DNA from: Spirochaetia bacterium
GTDB taxonomy: Bacteria > Spirochaetota > Spirochaetia > UBA9216
Assembly (NCBI GenBank): GCA_963677925.2
Contig: CAXXYH010000004.1
Coordinates: 1,760,001-1,824,000 of the forward strand
Length of the DNA stretch: 64,000 nucleotides
Reading direction: 5' to 3'
The position numbers were made by a program, and so were the translations under genes. This document shows, piece by piece, positions 28,552 through 42,105 of the stretch (positions are counted from its first letter, which is position 1; each line of letters opens with the position of its first letter). Under the pieces are notes generated by a model, which was not told the DNA's origin, ran no database searches, and saw only the letters and a program-made list of their open reading frames with translations.

Positions 28552-31500
28552 ATGCTGAGTAATGGCAAAGCCATAAACAGAACATATATAGGAATGGAGT
28601 ACTATGAGGTACTGGATCTTCCGAACCTTATAGATATTCAACTTTCATCGTATGAAAAGTTTCTTCAGAGAGATCTTCTAACAGCCGGCGACGGTCCGGA
28701 ACCTGCAGGCCTTGAAGAGGTTTTTCAGACGATTTTCCCGATAGAAAGTCCAAACGGCGACATGATTCTAGAGTATGATCGGTACTTTCTCGATGAAGAA
28801 AACATGAAGTTTTCAGAATCTGAGTGCAAGCAGAAGGGGATTAGTTATGCTGTGCCCATCAAGGCCAGGATAAATCTTCTTTTTACCGAATCCGGTGAAA
28901 TCAGGCAGAAGGATATCTATATCGGTGACATACCCCTGATGACTGAGAGAGGAACCTTTATAATTAATGGTGCTGAACGTGTCGTTGTCAGCCAGATTCA
29001 CCGTTCTCCCGGTGTAATCTTTTCCCATGAAAAGGGTGTTTATTCCTCAAGGATTATTCCGTACAGGGGTTCCTGGCTTGAGTTTGAAATCGATCAGAAA
29101 AAAGAGCTCGTATATGCCAAAATCGACAGAAAGAAGAGAATACTTGGAAGTCTTTTTCTCCGAGCGCTTGGATATTCCAGCCGTGAAGAGATTATTGACC
29201 TTTTTTATAAATCTGAAACTGTAACTTTCTCTGACAATAAAGAAGAGAAAGAGAAGCTTGTTGGTAAGGTTCTTTCGAGAGCAGTATATTCTGAAGCAGA
29301 TGGTGAAACCAAGAAGATTTATCGTGCAGGCGAGAAACTTCATCCGCATGATATAGATGAACTCCTGCATTCAGGAATCTCTGAAGTTGTTGTTATTGAT
29401 GAAAAAGATCCGGAATCGCTGCATTCCCAGATAATTCTCAACTGCTTTGAAAGGGAAGATTCAAAATTTACCCGTGATGAACCTGGTATCGATGAGCCGA
29501 CCCGTGATGATGCAATTGTTGCTGTTTATTCGGTTCTTATGCCCGGCGAACCTATTACTATTGAAAGTGCCCAGAAAGACCTTGAGACCATGTTCTTCTC
29601 TACAAGAAGATATGATCTTGGGCGGGTTGGACGTTATAAACTCAACAAAAAGTTTGATTACGCTGAACCTCTGGAAGAATCAATCCTTACAAGAGAAGAT
29701 GTTGTAAATACAATGGGCTTCCTTATTAAGGTTTTTATCGGTGAAGCAAATGTTGATGATATTGACCATCTTGGAAACAGAAGAATCAGGTCGGTAGGTG
29801 AGCTTCTGGCTAATCAGCTTAAAACTGCATTCACCAGGATGGAGAGAATAGCTAAAGAGCGAATGTCTCTTAAGGAAACCGATACTGTTAAACCGCAGGA
29901 TCTTATTTCCATTAAGCCGATAGTTGCTGCAGTAAAAGAGTTTTTCGGTTCCAGTCAGCTTTCACAGTTCATGGATCAGGTTAACCCGCTTGCAGAGCTG
30001 ACGCATAAAAGACGTTTGAATGCTCTGGGTCCGGGAGGTCTTTCAAGAGACAGAGCCGGATTTGAGGTTCGAGACGTACATTACACTCATTATGGTAGAA
30101 TGTGTCCTATTGAAACTCCTGAAGGTCCGAATATTGGTCTTATTGTTTCGCTGGCTAATTATACTAGAGTTAATGATTACGGATTTCTTGAAACTCCTTA
30201 CAGAAAAGTTATTGATGGAAAAGCTACCGCTGAAGTTGAATATCTTTCCGCGATGGATGAAGAGAAATACTTTATTGCTCAGGGTAACGCCCGTATAGAC
30301 AGCAAGGGTAACTTTAAAGATGAAATAATTTCAGTAAGAAAGGCCGGTGACTATGTTGCAAAGCCTGCTGAAGATATTAAATACATGGACGTTTCTCCTA
30401 AGCAGGTAATTTCTGTAGCTACCTCGCTGATTCCATTCCTTGAGCATGACGATGCTAACCGAGCCTTGATGGGTTCAAACATGCAGCGTCAGGCAGTTCC
30501 GCTTGTGTTCCCTGAACCGCCGATTGTAGGTACAGGAATGGAAGCCAAAACTGCATACGACTCCGGTGTTCTTGCTAAGGCAAAGAGGGCTGGTGAAGTA
30601 GTGTATGTAACCTCAAAATCAGTGATGATCAGACCGGAAGGCGCTGCTGAGCATGAAGTTGATGAGTATGAACTCGTCAAATATCAGCGGACCAACCAGG
30701 ATACATGTTTTAACCAGAGACCGCTTGTTGAAGTAGGCCAGAAGGTTGAAAAAGGTACTGTTCTTGCAGACGGTCCTGCTACTTATAAGGGTGAACTTGC
30801 ACTCGGACGAAACGTGCTTGTCGGATTTGTTCCGTGGAACGGTTACAACTATGAGGACGCCATTCTTATTTCCGAGAATGTTGTAAAAGAAGATGTTTTT
30901 ACATCCATCCATATAAAAGAATTCAGCATCGATGTCAGGGAGACTAAGCTCGGGCCCGAAAAACTGACCCGTGATATACCGAACGTGAATGAAAAAGCTC
31001 TTGATCAGCTTGATGAAGAAGGTATCATTCGTGTAGGTGCAAAGGTTGACTCCGGTTATATACTTGTTGGTAAGGTTACTCCGAAATCTGAAACTGAAAC
31101 TACTCCTGAGTTTAAGCTTCTTAACTCAATTTTCGGTGAAAAAGCCAAAGAAGTGCGTGATACTTCGCTCCGGCTGCCGCATGGTGTTACCGGAACTGTT
31201 ATTGATGTACAGCGTCTGAAGCGCTCTGAAGGTGATGACCTTTCGCCGGGTGTTGATGAGGTTGTAAAAGTTCTCATCGCAACCAAGCGAAAGCTTCGCG
31301 AGGGCGATAAGATGGCTGGTAGGCATGGAAACAAGGGTGTTGTCGCCAGGGTTCTTCCTGAAGAGGATATGCCTTATATGGAAGACGGTACTCCGCTTGA
31401 TATCTGTCTTAACCCGCTTGGTGTTCCGTCCCGAATGAACCTCGGTCAGATTCTTGAGACTGAACTCGGCTGGGCCGGATGGAAGCTTAATGAGTGGTAT

Positions 31501-32049
31501 TCAACTCCGGTATTCCAGTCTGCTTCTAATGAGCAGATTGAATCCAAGCTTAAAGAAGCTGGTCTTCCAACAAGTTCGAAGACAGCTCTGCGTGATGGAA
31601 GAACCGGAAGGCTGTTTGAGAATGAAGTTTTTGTAGGCCGTGTTTATATGCTTAAACTGCACCATCTTGTCGATGATAAGATGCATGCTCGTTCAACCGG
31701 ACCATATTCGCTTGTTACTCAGCAGCCGCTCGGCGGTAAAGCTCAGTTCGGTGGACAGCGTCTGGGAGAAATGGAAGTCTGGGCTCTCGAGGCCTATGGT
31801 GCTGCTAATACGCTGCAGGAACTTCTTACAATTAAATCAGATGATATGGCCGGAAGGGCTAAGATATATGAAAGTATCGTAAAGGGAGAACCTGCTTCAA
31901 GCGCCGGAGTTCCAGAGTCATTCAACGTTCTTGTGCAGGAACTTAGAGGTCTTGCTCTTGATTTGACCATTTACGATTCAAAGGGTAAACGTGTACCTCT
32001 CACAGAACGTGATGAAGAACTGATTACCCGTCAGGGAAGCCAGTTCTAA
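28552..32049 (+). CDS. rpoB: RNA polymerase beta subunit (start 28546 or 28552)
   Basis: [30 protein letters not shown]. Confidence 0.98.
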   Translation: MLSNGKAINRTYIGMEYYEVLDLPNLIDIQLSSYEKFLQRDLLTAGDGPEPAGLEEVFQTIFPIESPNGDMILEYDRYFLDEENMKFSESECKQKGISYAVPIKARINLLFTESGEIRQKDIYIGDIPLMTERGTFIINGAERVVVSQIHRSPGVIFSHEKGVYSSRIIPYRGSWLEFEIDQKKELVYAKIDRKKRILGSLFLRALGYSSREEIIDLFYKSETVTFSDNKEEKEKLVGKVLSRAVYSEADGETKKIYRAGEKLHPHDIDELLHSGISEVVVIDEKDPESLHSQIILNCFEREDSKFTRDEPGIDEPTRDDAIVAVYSVLMPGEPITIESAQKDLETMFFSTRRYDLGRVGRYKLNKKFDYAEPLEESILTREDVVNTMGFLIKVFIGEANVDDIDHLGNRRIRSVGELLANQLKTAFTRMERIAKERMSLKETDTVKPQDLISIKPIVAAVKEFFGSSQLSQFMDQVNPLAELTHKRRLNALGPGGLSRDRAGFEVRDVHYTHYGRMCPIETPEGPNIGLIVSLANYTRVNDYGFLETPYRKVIDGKATAEVEYLSAMDEEKYFIAQGNARIDSKGNFKDEIISVRKAGDYVAKPAEDIKYMDVSPKQVISVATSLIPFLEHDDANRALMGSNMQRQAVPLVFPEPPIVGTGMEAKTAYDSGVLAKAKRAGEVVYVTSKSVMIRPEGAAEHEVDEYELVKYQRTNQDTCFNQRPLVEVGQKVEKGTVLADGPATYKGELALGRNVLVGFVPWNGYNYEDAILISENVVKEDVFTSIHIKEFSIDVRETKLGPEKLTRDIPNVNEKALDQLDEEGIIRVGAKVDSGYILVGKVTPKSETETTPEFKLLNSIFGEKAKEVRDTSLRLPHGVTGTVIDVQRLKRSEGDDLSPGVDEVVKVLIATKRKLREGDKMAGRHGNKGVVARVLPEEDMPYMEDGTPLDICLNPLGVPSRMNLGQILETELGWAGWKLNEWYSTPVFQSASNEQIESKLKEAGLPTSSKTALRDGRTGRLFENEVFVGRVYMLKLHHLVDDKMHARSTGPYSLVTQQPLGGKAQFGGQRLGEMEVWALEAYGAANTLQELLTIKSDDMAGRAKIYESIVKGEPASSAGVPESFNVLVQELRGLALDLTIYDSKGKRVPLTERDEELITRQGSQF

Positions 32050-32063
32050 GGGGGGAATGAAGA

Positions 32064-35000
32064 ATGAGAGAAATTCAGGATTTTGATCATATACAGATAA
32101 TGCTTGCCTCACCCGAGCAGATCAGGGCATGGTCTTACGGTGAAGTAAAAAAGCCGGAAACCATTAACTATAGAACTCTCAGGCCTGAAAAAGACGGTCT
32201 GTTCTGTGAAAGAATTTTCGGAACAACCAAGGAATGGGAATGTTACTGCGGAAAGTTTAAGTCTATCCGTTATAAGGGTGTTATATGTGACCGTTGTGGA
32301 GTAGAGGTTACTCACTTTAAGGTTCGCCGTGAAAGAATGGGTCATATTGAACTCGCATCACCGGTATCACATATATGGTACTACCGTTCTGTTCCATCAA
32401 GAATGGGACTTCTGCTTGATTTAACAGTAGCTGCACTGAGATCTATTCTGTATTACGAAAAATATATAGTTATTGATCCGGGTGATACGGATCTTAAGAA
32501 GATGGAACTCCTTACGGAGGAAGAATTTAACAGTGCCAGAGAGCGTTACGGAATGAGTTTTTCCGCCGGTATCGGTGCTGAAGCTATAAGAACGCTTCTT
32601 GAGAGAATAGACCTTGACCTGCTCAGCTCGGAACTCAGAGTCAAGATGATCGAGAAGGGTGCAAAGGCTGATAAAAGACTTCTTAAAAGAATTGAGATTG
32701 TAGAAAACTTCAGGGATTCAAAGAATAAGCCTGAATGGATGATTCTCGATGTTATTCCTGTTATACCGCCTGAGTTGAGGCCGATGGTTCAGCTTGACGG
32801 AGGACGTTTTGCCACATCTGACCTTAATGATCTTTACAGAAGAGTAATTAACCGAAATAACCGTCTAAAGAGACTTATGGCGCTTAATGCTCCTGATATC
32901 ATCATCAGGAATGAAAAAAGAATGCTTCAGGAAGCTGTGGATGCCCTTTTTGATAACTCAAAGAAGAAGAGAGTTGTTAAGGGTGCTTCAAACAGGCCTC
33001 TTAAGTCGCTTTCTGACTTCCTTAAGGGTAAGCAGGGTCGTTTCAGGCAGAACCTTCTTGGTAAGCGAGTTGACTATTCAGGCCGTTCGGTTATCGTTGT
33101 TGGTCCGGATCTTAGAATGCATCAGTGCGGTCTCCCTACAAAGATGGCTCTTGAGCTTTATAAGCCGTTTATAATGAAAAAACTCGTCGAAAAAGACGTT
33201 GTTTATAATATTAAGAAAGCAAAAAATCTTGTTGAGCAGGAGACTCCGGAAGTCTGGGCTGTTCTCGATGAGGTTGTAAAAGAGCATCCTGTTTTACTTA
33301 ACCGAGCACCGACTCTTCACAGGCTTGGTATTCAGGCTTTCGAGCCGGTACTGGTTGAAGGTAAGGCAATAAAGCTGCATCCGCTTGTCTGTCATGCATA
33401 TAATGCAGACTTTGACGGTGACCAGATGGCTGTTCACGTGCCTCTTACCCAGGCTGCACAGATAGAGTGCTGGACGCTCATGCTTTCAGTAAATAACCTT
33501 CTTAACCCTGCAAGCGGTACGCCTGTAGTATTTCCTTCACAGGATATGGTTCTTGGAATCAACTATCTTACCAGGGCCAGGGCCGGTGCTCATGGAGAAG
33601 GCAGATGGTACGGTTCGCCTGAGGATATCATACTTGCTCAGGAAGCCGGTGCTGTTGATTTTCAGGCACTTTGTAAAGTTAAAATAGACGGCGAGTATAT
33701 TGAAACAACAGCCGGACGTATAATTTTCAACCAGGCAATGCCTGAAGAGGTTGATTATGTAAACCATTCTCTTGGCGATAAGGAGCTTAAGGTTCTTATT
33801 GCTGAGAGCATAAAGAAAAAGGGTCCTGCAGTTACTGTACGTATGCTTGACGCCATAAAGGATACCGGCTTCAAGTATGCGACTGTTTTCGGGGCAACTA
33901 TCAGTATGGAAGATATTGTTATTCCAACTGAGAAAAAGGATATGATTGAAACTGCAAATAATGAAGTTCTGACTATTCAGGAGCAGTATCTGCAGGGGCA
34001 TATTACCTCAGAAGAGCGTTATAACAGGGTTGTCGAAGTATGGAGTAAGACGAATGAAGAGCTTACGAACGTACTGATGAAGACTCTGAAGGATGATCGG
34101 GCCGGGTTTAACCCTGTGTATATGATGGCTGATTCGGGAGCCCGAGGTAGCCGTACGCAGATTAGACAGTTGGCCGGTATGCGTGGTCTTATGGCTAAGC
34201 CTTCGGGTGATATTATCGAACTTCCTATCCGTTCTAACTTTAAAGAAGGACTTTCGATTATTGAGTTCTTTATTTCAACCAACGGTGCCCGAAAGGGTCT
34301 TGCTGATACGGCTCTTAAAACAGCCGACGCCGGTTATCTGACTCGTCGTCTTGTTGATATTGCTCAGGATGTTGTTGTTAATGAAGATGACTGCGGAACT
34401 ATTAATGGTATTGAAATCAGGGCTATTAAAGAGGGTGAGGAAGTAATCGAATCACTCAGTGACCGAATTGTAGGCCGTTTTACGCTTGAGCGGGTTAAAC
34501 ACCCGATTACCGGCGATATAATGGTCGACGTTAATGAAGAAATTACAGATGAGATTGCAATTGCAATAGAGGAATCCGGAGTTGAGACTGTAAGAATCAG
34601 AACAGTTCTTACCTGTGAAGCTGAGCATGGAGTCTGTCGTAAATGTTACGGTAGAAACCTTGCAAAGAATATGACTGTTGAAATTGGTGAGGCGGTAGGT
34701 ATTATTGCTGCTCAGTCGATTGGTCAGCCCGGAACCCAGCTTACCATGAGAACCTTCCATATCGGTGGTGCTGCTACAAAAGTTTCTGAAGAAAACAGAA
34801 CCTATCTGCACTATCCTGTTGTTATAAAGGAAGTTAACGGAACAACTGTAACTCTTGAAAACGGAGATGTGCTCTATACAAGAAAGGGTAATGTTATTGT
34901 TGCCCGTGTTCTTCAGAGGCTTCCGCTTGGAAAAGACGGGAAAGTTGTGGCTGAAAACGGTACAAAAGTAGTTCCCGGAGATGTTGTAGTTAAAACAAAA

Positions 35001-36392
35001 TCGGGTGAACTGGCTGCTGAGGAGATCGGGTTTGTGCATGTTCTTGAATCCGAGGTTGTTCTTATAGCACAGGATCAGAAAATAGATATCAGGACCGGTG
35101 CAAAGCTGATGATTGGTGTCGGTTCTGTTGTTGCTGCGGAAGATTCAATCGCGATATTCGACCCCTTCTCTGAGCCGATTATAGCTGAGGTAGAAGGTAC
35201 TGTAAAATATCAGGATATTATTCTCGGAACAACACTCAAGGAAGAGGTTAACGAGGATACCGGAAATATTGACAAGAAGATCACTGAGCATATGCTTGAA
35301 ACACTGCAGCCGATGCTGGTTATTGTTGATAGCGAAGGCGAGGAAATTGCAAATTATTACCTGCCGGGTAATGCATATCTTAATATTGAAGACGGTGAAA
35401 AAGTACGTGTAGGTAAAACTCTTGCAAAGCTGCTCAAAGAAAGTGTTAAAACAAGGGATATTACCGGTGGTCTTCCTAGAGTTGGTGAACTTTTTGAAGC
35501 CAGACGTCCTAAGAGTCCGGCAGTTCTTGCAAAGATTAGTGGAATTATCCATCTTAAGGGAATTGTAAAGGGTAAGCGTGTTATTGAGATAGAAGACAGT
35601 TTTGCAAAAGAAGACGGAGCGAACAGTAAGGTCTTCAAGCACCTTGTTCCTATGGGTAAACACCTTCTTGTAAGAGATGGAGACCTTGTTGAAGCTGGCG
35701 AACAGCTTTGTGACGGAAGCATTGATCCGCATGATATTCTTGATATCCTGGGTGAGAATGAACTCCAGTCCTTCCTTGTTAATGAGGTGCAGGAAGTTTA
35801 CCGAATGCAGGGTGTAGTTATTAACGATAAGCATATCGGTGTTATTGTCCGTCAGATGATGCGAAAGGTTGAAATTTGGCAGGTTGGCGATACTAACTTT
35901 ATCTATGGCCAGCAGGTTGACAAATATAAATTTCACGAAGAGAACCGTAAGGTTATGAGAGAGGGCGGGCAGCCTGCAGTGGCCAGGCCGCTTCTTCTTG
36001 GTATAACCAGGGCTTCGCTGAATATTGATTCCTTCCTTTCGGCAGCTTCCTTTCAGGAGACAACAAAGGTTCTTACCAATGCTGCAATTGCCGGAAGCAC
36101 TGATAAGCTCAGAGGTCTTAAGGAGAATGTTGTTATCGGACATCCGATACCTGCAGGAACAGGTATGAGAGCTTACAGGAATGTTCGTCTTTATGATGAG
36201 AACTCTGAAAACCTTGATGCTTCAATCGCTATGATTCTTGAACAGCGTAAGGCTGAAAAAGCGGCTATGGAAGCTATTGATAATGATGATGATGACGGCG
36301 ATGACAGTACACAGCTTAAACCGAAATTCGGTTTTGAGCAGACATTATCTGAAGCAGGGATTATTGATTCCAGAATGGATGATGACGAATAG
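32064..36392 (+). CDS. rpoC: RNA polymerase beta' subunit
   Basis: [10 protein letters not shown] catalytic motif, Zn-binding cysteines. Confidence 0.98.
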   Translation: MREIQDFDHIQIMLASPEQIRAWSYGEVKKPETINYRTLRPEKDGLFCERIFGTTKEWECYCGKFKSIRYKGVICDRCGVEVTHFKVRRERMGHIELASPVSHIWYYRSVPSRMGLLLDLTVAALRSILYYEKYIVIDPGDTDLKKMELLTEEEFNSARERYGMSFSAGIGAEAIRTLLERIDLDLLSSELRVKMIEKGAKADKRLLKRIEIVENFRDSKNKPEWMILDVIPVIPPELRPMVQLDGGRFATSDLNDLYRRVINRNNRLKRLMALNAPDIIIRNEKRMLQEAVDALFDNSKKKRVVKGASNRPLKSLSDFLKGKQGRFRQNLLGKRVDYSGRSVIVVGPDLRMHQCGLPTKMALELYKPFIMKKLVEKDVVYNIKKAKNLVEQETPEVWAVLDEVVKEHPVLLNRAPTLHRLGIQAFEPVLVEGKAIKLHPLVCHAYNADFDGDQMAVHVPLTQAAQIECWTLMLSVNNLLNPASGTPVVFPSQDMVLGINYLTRARAGAHGEGRWYGSPEDIILAQEAGAVDFQALCKVKIDGEYIETTAGRIIFNQAMPEEVDYVNHSLGDKELKVLIAESIKKKGPAVTVRMLDAIKDTGFKYATVFGATISMEDIVIPTEKKDMIETANNEVLTIQEQYLQGHITSEERYNRVVEVWSKTNEELTNVLMKTLKDDRAGFNPVYMMADSGARGSRTQIRQLAGMRGLMAKPSGDIIELPIRSNFKEGLSIIEFFISTNGARKGLADTALKTADAGYLTRRLVDIAQDVVVNEDDCGTINGIEIRAIKEGEEVIESLSDRIVGRFTLERVKHPITGDIMVDVNEEITDEIAIAIEESGVETVRIRTVLTCEAEHGVCRKCYGRNLAKNMTVEIGEAVGIIAAQSIGQPGTQLTMRTFHIGGAATKVSEENRTYLHYPVVIKEVNGTTVTLENGDVLYTRKGNVIVARVLQRLPLGKDGKVVAENGTKVVPGDVVVKTKSGELAAEEIGFVHVLESEVVLIAQDQKIDIRTGAKLMIGVGSVVAAEDSIAIFDPFSEPIIAEVEGTVKYQDIILGTTLKEEVNEDTGNIDKKITEHMLETLQPMLVIVDSEGEEIANYYLPGNAYLNIEDGEKVRVGKTLAKLLKESVKTRDITGGLPRVGELFEARRPKSPAVLAKISGIIHLKGIVKGKRVIEIEDSFAKEDGANSKVFKHLVPMGKHLLVRDGDLVEAGEQLCDGSIDPHDILDILGENELQSFLVNEVQEVYRMQGVVINDKHIGVIVRQMMRKVEIWQVGDTNFIYGQQVDKYKFHEENRKVMREGGQPAVARPLLLGITRASLNIDSFLSAASFQETTKVLTNAAIAGSTDKLRGLKENVVIGHPIPAGTGMRAYRNVRLYDENSENLDASIAMILEQRKAEKAAMEAIDNDDDDGDDSTQLKPKFGFEQTLSEAGIIDSRMDDDE

Positions 36393-36444
36393 ATAATTAT
36401 TTGTATTTATTACATTTGTCTCTGAGTATGAAGGGACAGTGGGC

Positions 36445-36473
36445 TTGACTTTTTTTCAGCTGGCTGTTAGAGT
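36445..36473 (+). promoter_or_regulatory. sigma70-like promoter of rpsL
   Basis: TTGACT-N17-TAGAGT with extended TG. Confidence 0.5.
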
Positions 36474-36521
36474 CAAGCTCACGAAAAACCAATATAAGGT
36501 ATTAGGGAGTAATACACGTAA

Positions 36522-36896
36522 ATGCCTACAATAAATCAACTTGTAAGAAAAGGCAGAAAGCAGGTAACTAAGAAAACTACAGCACCTGCTCTTGATGCCT
36601 GTCCACAGAAGAGAGGGGTATGTACCCGTGTGATGACTGTGACTCCTAAAAAGCCTAATTCTGCTTTGCGTAAAGTGGCAAGGGTAAGATTGACTAATGG
36701 AATAGAGGTTACTGCATATATTCCCGGTGTAGGTCACAATCTTCAGGAACACTCAGTTGTTCTACTGCGCGGGGGCAGGGTTAAGGATCTTCCAGGAGTT
36801 CGTTACCACATTGTCAGAGGAGCCAAGGATACCCTTGGTGTAGATGATCGAAAGCAGGGCCGTTCCAAGTACGGTACCAAGAAGCCAAAGGCATAG
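36522..36896 (+). CDS. rpsL: 30S ribosomal protein S12
   Basis: [20 protein letters not shown]. Confidence 0.98.
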   Translation: MPTINQLVRKGRKQVTKKTTAPALDACPQKRGVCTRVMTVTPKKPNSALRKVARVRLTNGIEVTAYIPGVGHNLQEHSVVLLRGGRVKDLPGVRYHIVRGAKDTLGVDDRKQGRSKYGTKKPKA

Positions 36897-36904
36897 GAGT
36901 CTGA

Positions 36905-37381
<477 letters not shown>

Positions 37382-37434
37382 TCTTAAAAATCTGTTTAAA
37401 AACAGGTTTACAGCCTCTTCGGCTATAGTAGAGG

Positions 37435-37463
37435 TTGACTTTAATGCCTATAGCTATTATAGT
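37435..37463 (+). promoter_or_regulatory. sigma70 promoter ~340 nt upstream of tuf
   Basis: TTGACT-N17-TATAGT. Confidence 0.65.
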
Positions 37464-37469
37464 GCATGA

Positions 37470-37795
37470 ACTTGCTTGGAACTATTTTAGTTCTGCAATC
37501 GAACCGGTTGGTTCGATATAGGTTACCAAACCAATCGTCCTTTTGAGCTGTCGAATGGGTGATAAGGTGGTACTGTCTTAGATTTTTTCGCATTAAATGT
37601 GGCTTATTCTAAACATTACCATCTAATCTTACAGTTATACAGGCGAAGTTCGGTAATCTCCAGATCAGATCTGGACCAAAATAATGTTTGTTGATGACAG
37701 TGTTGTGAACAATCTTTTCTGCGGCAGTTTGTCGTCTGGATTGTACAGTATAGTCATACTATTTTTTATTGAGCCATTAATATAATCGTGGTAAG
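37470..37795 (+). ncRNA. Candidate structured tuf/S10-operon leader RNA (unassigned)
   Basis: Non-coding, with hairpins at 37478-37494, 37498-37517, 37566-37623 and 37659-37675. Confidence 0.4.
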
Positions 37796-37804
37796 GAGGA
37801 ATAA

Positions 37805-38989
37805 ATGGCTAAAGAAAAGTTTAACAGAACTAAAGACCATGTAAACGTTGGTACTATCGGACACGTTGACCATGGAAAAACTACTCTTACTGCTGCTATC
37901 TCTATGTATTGTTCAAAGAAGGCAGGCGGTAAGATCATGAATTATGATGATATCGACAATGCTCCGGAAGAAAAAGCCAGAGGTATAACCATTAATACAC
38001 GTCACATTGAGTATGAAACAGAAAAAAGACATTATGCTCATGTTGACTGTCCGGGCCATGCTGACTACATCAAAAACATGATCACCGGTGCTGCTCAGAT
38101 GGACGGTGCAATTATTCTTGTTGCTGCTGATTCAGGACCTGAACCGCAGACAAGAGAGCACATCCTTCTTGCAAGGCAGGTTGGCGTTCCTAAACTTATT
38201 GTTTTCCTCAACAAGATGGACCTTGCGGATCCTGAGCTTGTTGAGCTTGTTGAAGTTGAGGTTCAGGAACTTCTTGAATCTTATGAGTTCCCTTCAGATT
38301 GTCCTATTATCAAGGGTTCAGCTTTTGAAGCTATGAGTAATCCTGATGATCCTGAGAAGACAGCATGTATTCAGGAACTTCTTGATGCTATGGATACTTA
38401 TTTTCCTGTTCCTGAAAGAGCAGTTGATAAGCCTTTCCTTATGCCTATTGAAGATATTTTCTCAATTCAGGGTCGAGGTACTGTAGTTACAGGACGTATT
38501 GAACGCGGTATTGTTCACGTTGGTGATGAGATTGAAATTGTCGGTATCAAAGATACTGCAAAGACTACATGTACCGGTGTTGAAATGTTTAATAAGCTTC
38601 TTGATGAAGGTCAGGCTGGTGATAACATCGGTGCTCTTCTTAGAGGTACTGACAAGAAAGAAGTTGAGAGAGGGCAGGTTCTTGCTAAGCCGGGAACAAT
38701 TACTCCTCATAAGAAGTTTAAAGGGGCTATCTACGTACTCAGTAAAGAAGAGGGTGGTAGACATTCTCCATTCTTTTCAGGATACAGACCTCAGTTTTAC
38801 TTCAGAACTACTGACATTACTGGTTCAGTAACTCTTGCTGAAGATAAGCAGATGGTTATGCCTGGCGATCATGTTGAGCTTACAGTTGAGCTTATTCACC
38901 CGATTGCTATGGATCCGGGTCTTAGATTTGCTATCCGCGAGGGTGGTAGAACAGTTGCCAGTGGTCAGGTAACTGAAATAATCGAATAA
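37805..38989 (+). CDS. tuf: Elongation factor Tu
   Basis: [29 protein letters not shown]. Confidence 0.98.
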   Translation: MAKEKFNRTKDHVNVGTIGHVDHGKTTLTAAISMYCSKKAGGKIMNYDDIDNAPEEKARGITINTRHIEYETEKRHYAHVDCPGHADYIKNMITGAAQMDGAIILVAADSGPEPQTREHILLARQVGVPKLIVFLNKMDLADPELVELVEVEVQELLESYEFPSDCPIIKGSAFEAMSNPDDPEKTACIQELLDAMDTYFPVPERAVDKPFLMPIEDIFSIQGRGTVVTGRIERGIVHVGDEIEIVGIKDTAKTTCTGVEMFNKLLDEGQAGDNIGALLRGTDKKEVERGQVLAKPGTITPHKKFKGAIYVLSKEEGGRHSPFFSGYRPQFYFRTTDITGSVTLAEDKQMVMPGDHVELTVELIHPIAMDPGLRFAIREGGRTVASGQVTEIIE

Positions 38990-39043
38990 TTTTAGACAGG
39001 GGTCCCGGCCTGAGGGTTGGGACTCTATTTGTCAGGAGGAATA

Positions 39044-39355
39044 ATGGCCAGTAATGATAGAATCCGCGTTAGGTTAAGAGGATTTGATGTTGAGTTAGTT
39101 GATCAGAGTGCCAAGTCTATAGTTCAGACTGTTGGTAAGGCAGGTGCCAAGGTGGCCGGGCCTATACCTCTTCCTACAAGGATTAACAAATATACTGTTC
39201 TTCGGTCTCCTCATGTTAACAAGAAGTCCAGAGAGCAGTTTGAGATGAGAACACATAAAAGACTGATTGACATTTTAGACCCTACTTCAAAAGTTATGGA
39301 CGCTTTAATGACTTTAGAGCTTCCCGCTGGCGTTGATGTAGAGATTAAGCAGTAA
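39044..39355 (+). CDS. rpsJ: 30S ribosomal protein S10
   Basis: [21 protein letters not shown]; ATG after GGAGGA. Confidence 0.97.
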   Translation: MASNDRIRVRLRGFDVELVDQSAKSIVQTVGKAGAKVAGPIPLPTRINKYTVLRSPHVNKKSREQFEMRTHKRLIDILDPTSKVMDALMTLELPAGVDVEIKQ

Positions 39356-39383
39356 CTGCAATTTTATTGATTTGAGGTATACG

Positions 39384-40004
39384 ATGTTAGGGCTAATCGG
39401 CAAGAAAGTCGGAATGACACAGGTCTATGATGAGATGGGAGTAATGACTCCTGTAACCGTTATTAAGTTTGAAGAAAATGTTGTAGTCGGTAAAAAAAGC
39501 ATAGATAAAGACGGTTACGAAGCCTGTGTGCTGGGGACTGTAGATAAAAAGAAGAATAGAGTAAGCAAACCTTACGCAGGACAGTTTCCTGAAGGCGTTG
39601 AGCCAAAGCAGTTTCTTTATGAAATGAGAGATTTTGAGCTCGAAGCAGAGGTTGGACAGAAATACGGTGTTGAGCTTTTTGATGAGCTTCGTTTTGTAGA
39701 TGTTATTGGAACAACCAAGGGTAAAGGTTACCAGGGTGTAATGAAGCGTCACGGTTTCGGCGGTGGACGCAAGACTCATGGTTCTAAGTTTCACAGAGCT
39801 AACGGTTCAACCGGTATGGCGGCTTATCCATCACGAGTTATGAAGGGTACAAAAATGCCCGGTAGGATGGGAGCTGATAGAAAGACGGTGCAGAACCTGA
39901 AAGTAGTCAGGGTTGATGCAGGTAAGCAGATTATTCTTGTGAAAGGTGCCGTACCTGGAACCAGAAACAGTGTTGTGCTGGTCAGGAAGGCCAAGAAGAA
40001 ATAG
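39384..40004 (+). CDS. rplC: 50S ribosomal protein L3
   Basis: GKKVGMTQ, GKGYQGVMKRHG. Confidence 0.97.
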   Translation: MLGLIGKKVGMTQVYDEMGVMTPVTVIKFEENVVVGKKSIDKDGYEACVLGTVDKKKNRVSKPYAGQFPEGVEPKQFLYEMRDFELEAEVGQKYGVELFDELRFVDVIGTTKGKGYQGVMKRHGFGGGRKTHGSKFHRANGSTGMAAYPSRVMKGTKMPGRMGADRKTVQNLKVVRVDAGKQIILVKGAVPGTRNSVVLVRKAKKK

Positions 40005-40018
40005 TAAAGGATAAGAAT

Positions 40019-40654
40019 ATGAAAGCAAAGGTCTTTTCGGTAAAAGGCGAAGAGATAAAAGATATAACTCTTAATGATGATGTTTTTGGTCGAGAGGTCA
40101 GCGAGGGTGCAATCTATTATGCTATCAGAAATGAGCTTGCTAATAGAAGAGTCGGAACTGCCTGCACAAAAACACGCGCCGAAGTTAATTATAGTAATGC
40201 TAAGCCATGGAGTCAGAAGGGTACTGGTCATGCCAGATCCGGTGATAAAAAATCACCTGTTTGGGTTGGCGGAGGTACAATCTTTGGGCCAAGGCCGAGA
40301 GATTATTCTTACAGCATTCCTAAGAAAATGAAGAGAGCAGCGATGAAATCAATTCTGAGCCTTAAGGTGAAGGAAGAATCGCTTCGAATAGTTGAGGACT
40401 TTAATGTAGAGTCCGGCAAAACTAAAGATCTTGTTAGTATTCTTAAAAACCATGTTGGCGGTGAAAAGACAATAATGGTTCTTAAAGATGATGATCAGAT
40501 GATAAAAAGAGCAGGAAAGAATATACCCTGGCTTAGAATACTTTCCTTTGATCGTCTTAATGCACATGATCTTTTCTACGGAAAAAAGGTTATTGTCCTG
40601 GAAGCTGCTGCGGGAAGCCTTAATGATTTTTACGGAAAGAAAGAGGGGAAATAA
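40019..40654 (+). CDS. rplD: 50S ribosomal protein L4
   Basis: KPWSQKGTGHAR. Confidence 0.97.
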   Translation: MKAKVFSVKGEEIKDITLNDDVFGREVSEGAIYYAIRNELANRRVGTACTKTRAEVNYSNAKPWSQKGTGHARSGDKKSPVWVGGGTIFGPRPRDYSYSIPKKMKRAAMKSILSLKVKEESLRIVEDFNVESGKTKDLVSILKNHVGGEKTIMVLKDDDQMIKRAGKNIPWLRILSFDRLNAHDLFYGKKVIVLEAAAGSLNDFYGKKEGK

Positions 40655-40957
40655 ATGGATTCAATGCAGGTATTGATTTCTCCGGTTTTAACCGAAAAAA
40701 CAAATCTCATGAGAGAAGGTGAAACCCGGAAGTATGTTTTTAAGGTTGATAGACGTGCTAACAAGGTACAGATTATGACTGCTGTTAAAGAAGTCTTTAA
40801 TGTGCAGCCTGTTGCATGTAATATCATAAATGTTAAGTCTAAACCAAGAATGTCACGTACCAAATCAGGTATGAGGTATGGTCAGACTGCAACATGGAAG
40901 AAAGCAATTGTTACCCTTAAAGCGGGTGATAAAATTGAGTCGGTTGACGGCGTATAG
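40655..40957 (+). CDS. rplW: 50S ribosomal protein L23
   Basis: PVLTEK, WKKAIVTL. Confidence 0.96.
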   Translation: MDSMQVLISPVLTEKTNLMREGETRKYVFKVDRRANKVQIMTAVKEVFNVQPVACNIINVKSKPRMSRTKSGMRYGQTATWKKAIVTLKAGDKIESVDGV

Positions 40958-40981
40958 ATGGTAAGGATTTAGGGGGCTAAT

Positions 40982-41806
40982 GTGGGAATCAAGAAATACA
41001 ATCCTAGAACTCCAAGCCTGAGGTATAAGACCACTCTGACCTTTGATGAAATTACAACAAGGGTACCGGAAAAGTCGTTAACCAAAGGGCTTAGTTATAA
41101 AGCTGGTCGTGGTGCCGGTGGAAGAATCAGTGTTAGAAGACGTGGCGGCGGTCACAAGAAAAAATATAGAGTAATTGACTTCAAAAGAGACAAATACGGA
41201 GTACCCGGCAAGGTTATTTCTGTTGAGTACGATCCCAACAGAACTGCAAATATTGCACTCGTAAGCTATGCTGACGGGGAAAAGAGGTACATCCTTGCTC
41301 CAAAGGGTCTTCAGGTAGGTGCTACCGTCATGAGCGGTCCTGAAGCTCCGCTTGAGTCAGGAAACAGTCTTCCTCTTGAAGCTATTCCGCTCGGTATGAC
41401 GGTTCACAATGTCGAACTTCAGCTGGGCAGGGGCGGTCAGATGGTACGCTCTGCAGGAATGAGTGCTTCAGTTGTTGCAAAGGAAGGCGATTACGTGACG
41501 CTTAAACTGCCTTCTGGTGAAATGAGAATGGTTTTCAAAAAATGTTCAGCAACACTTGGTATTGTTGGAAACGAAGACCATATGAACGTAAATCTCGGTA
41601 AAGCCGGTAGATCAAGATGGCTTGGCAAGAGACCTAAGGTTCGTGGTGTTGTTATGAATCCGCACGACCATCCGCATGGTGGTGGTGAGGGTAAAACATC
41701 CGGTGGTCGTCATCCGGTTACTCCATGGGGTATTCCTACTAAGGGATATAAGACCAGGAAGAAGAGTAAGTCTTCCAGCAGATTTATAGTCAAGAAGCGG
41801 AAGTAG
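40982..41806 (+). CDS. rplB: 50S ribosomal protein L2
   Basis: [21 protein letters not shown]. Confidence 0.98.
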   Translation: MGIKKYNPRTPSLRYKTTLTFDEITTRVPEKSLTKGLSYKAGRGAGGRISVRRRGGGHKKKYRVIDFKRDKYGVPGKVISVEYDPNRTANIALVSYADGEKRYILAPKGLQVGATVMSGPEAPLESGNSLPLEAIPLGMTVHNVELQLGRGGQMVRSAGMSASVVAKEGDYVTLKLPSGEMRMVFKKCSATLGIVGNEDHMNVNLGKAGRSRWLGKRPKVRGVVMNPHDHPHGGGEGKTSGGRHPVTPWGIPTKGYKTRKKSKSSSRFIVKKRK

Positions 41807-41817
41807 GAGTTTAACTA

Positions 41818-42099
41818 GTGGCAAGGTCAATAAAGAAAGGTCCTTTTATTGAAAGGAAACTGTATAAAAGAGTAGTTGAAATGGCTAAAGCCGGTGATAA
41901 GAAAATGCTCAAGACTTTTTCAAGAGCATCAACTATTATACCGGAAATGGTTGGGTTTACAGTATCCGTGTATAACGGAAAAACATGGGTTCCCGTGTAT
42001 GTAACTGAAAACCTTGTAGGTCACAAGCTCGGTGAGTTCGCACCTACAAGATTCTATAGAGGCCATACAGCTTCTGATAAGAAATCTTCTAAGAGATAG
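41818..42099 (+). CDS. rpsS: 30S ribosomal protein S19
   Basis: [19 protein letters not shown]. Confidence 0.97.
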   Translation: MARSIKKGPFIERKLYKRVVEMAKAGDKKMLKTFSRASTIIPEMVGFTVSVYNGKTWVPVYVTENLVGHKLGEFAPTRFYRGHTASDKKSSKR

Positions 42100-42105
42100 G
42101 GTGAG

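Noticed and set aside
35145-36143. 332-aa antisense ORF (and many shorter ones) inside rpoC, rpoB, clpB and ribosomal genes
   Set aside because: Expected antisense shadows of highly biased coding sequence.
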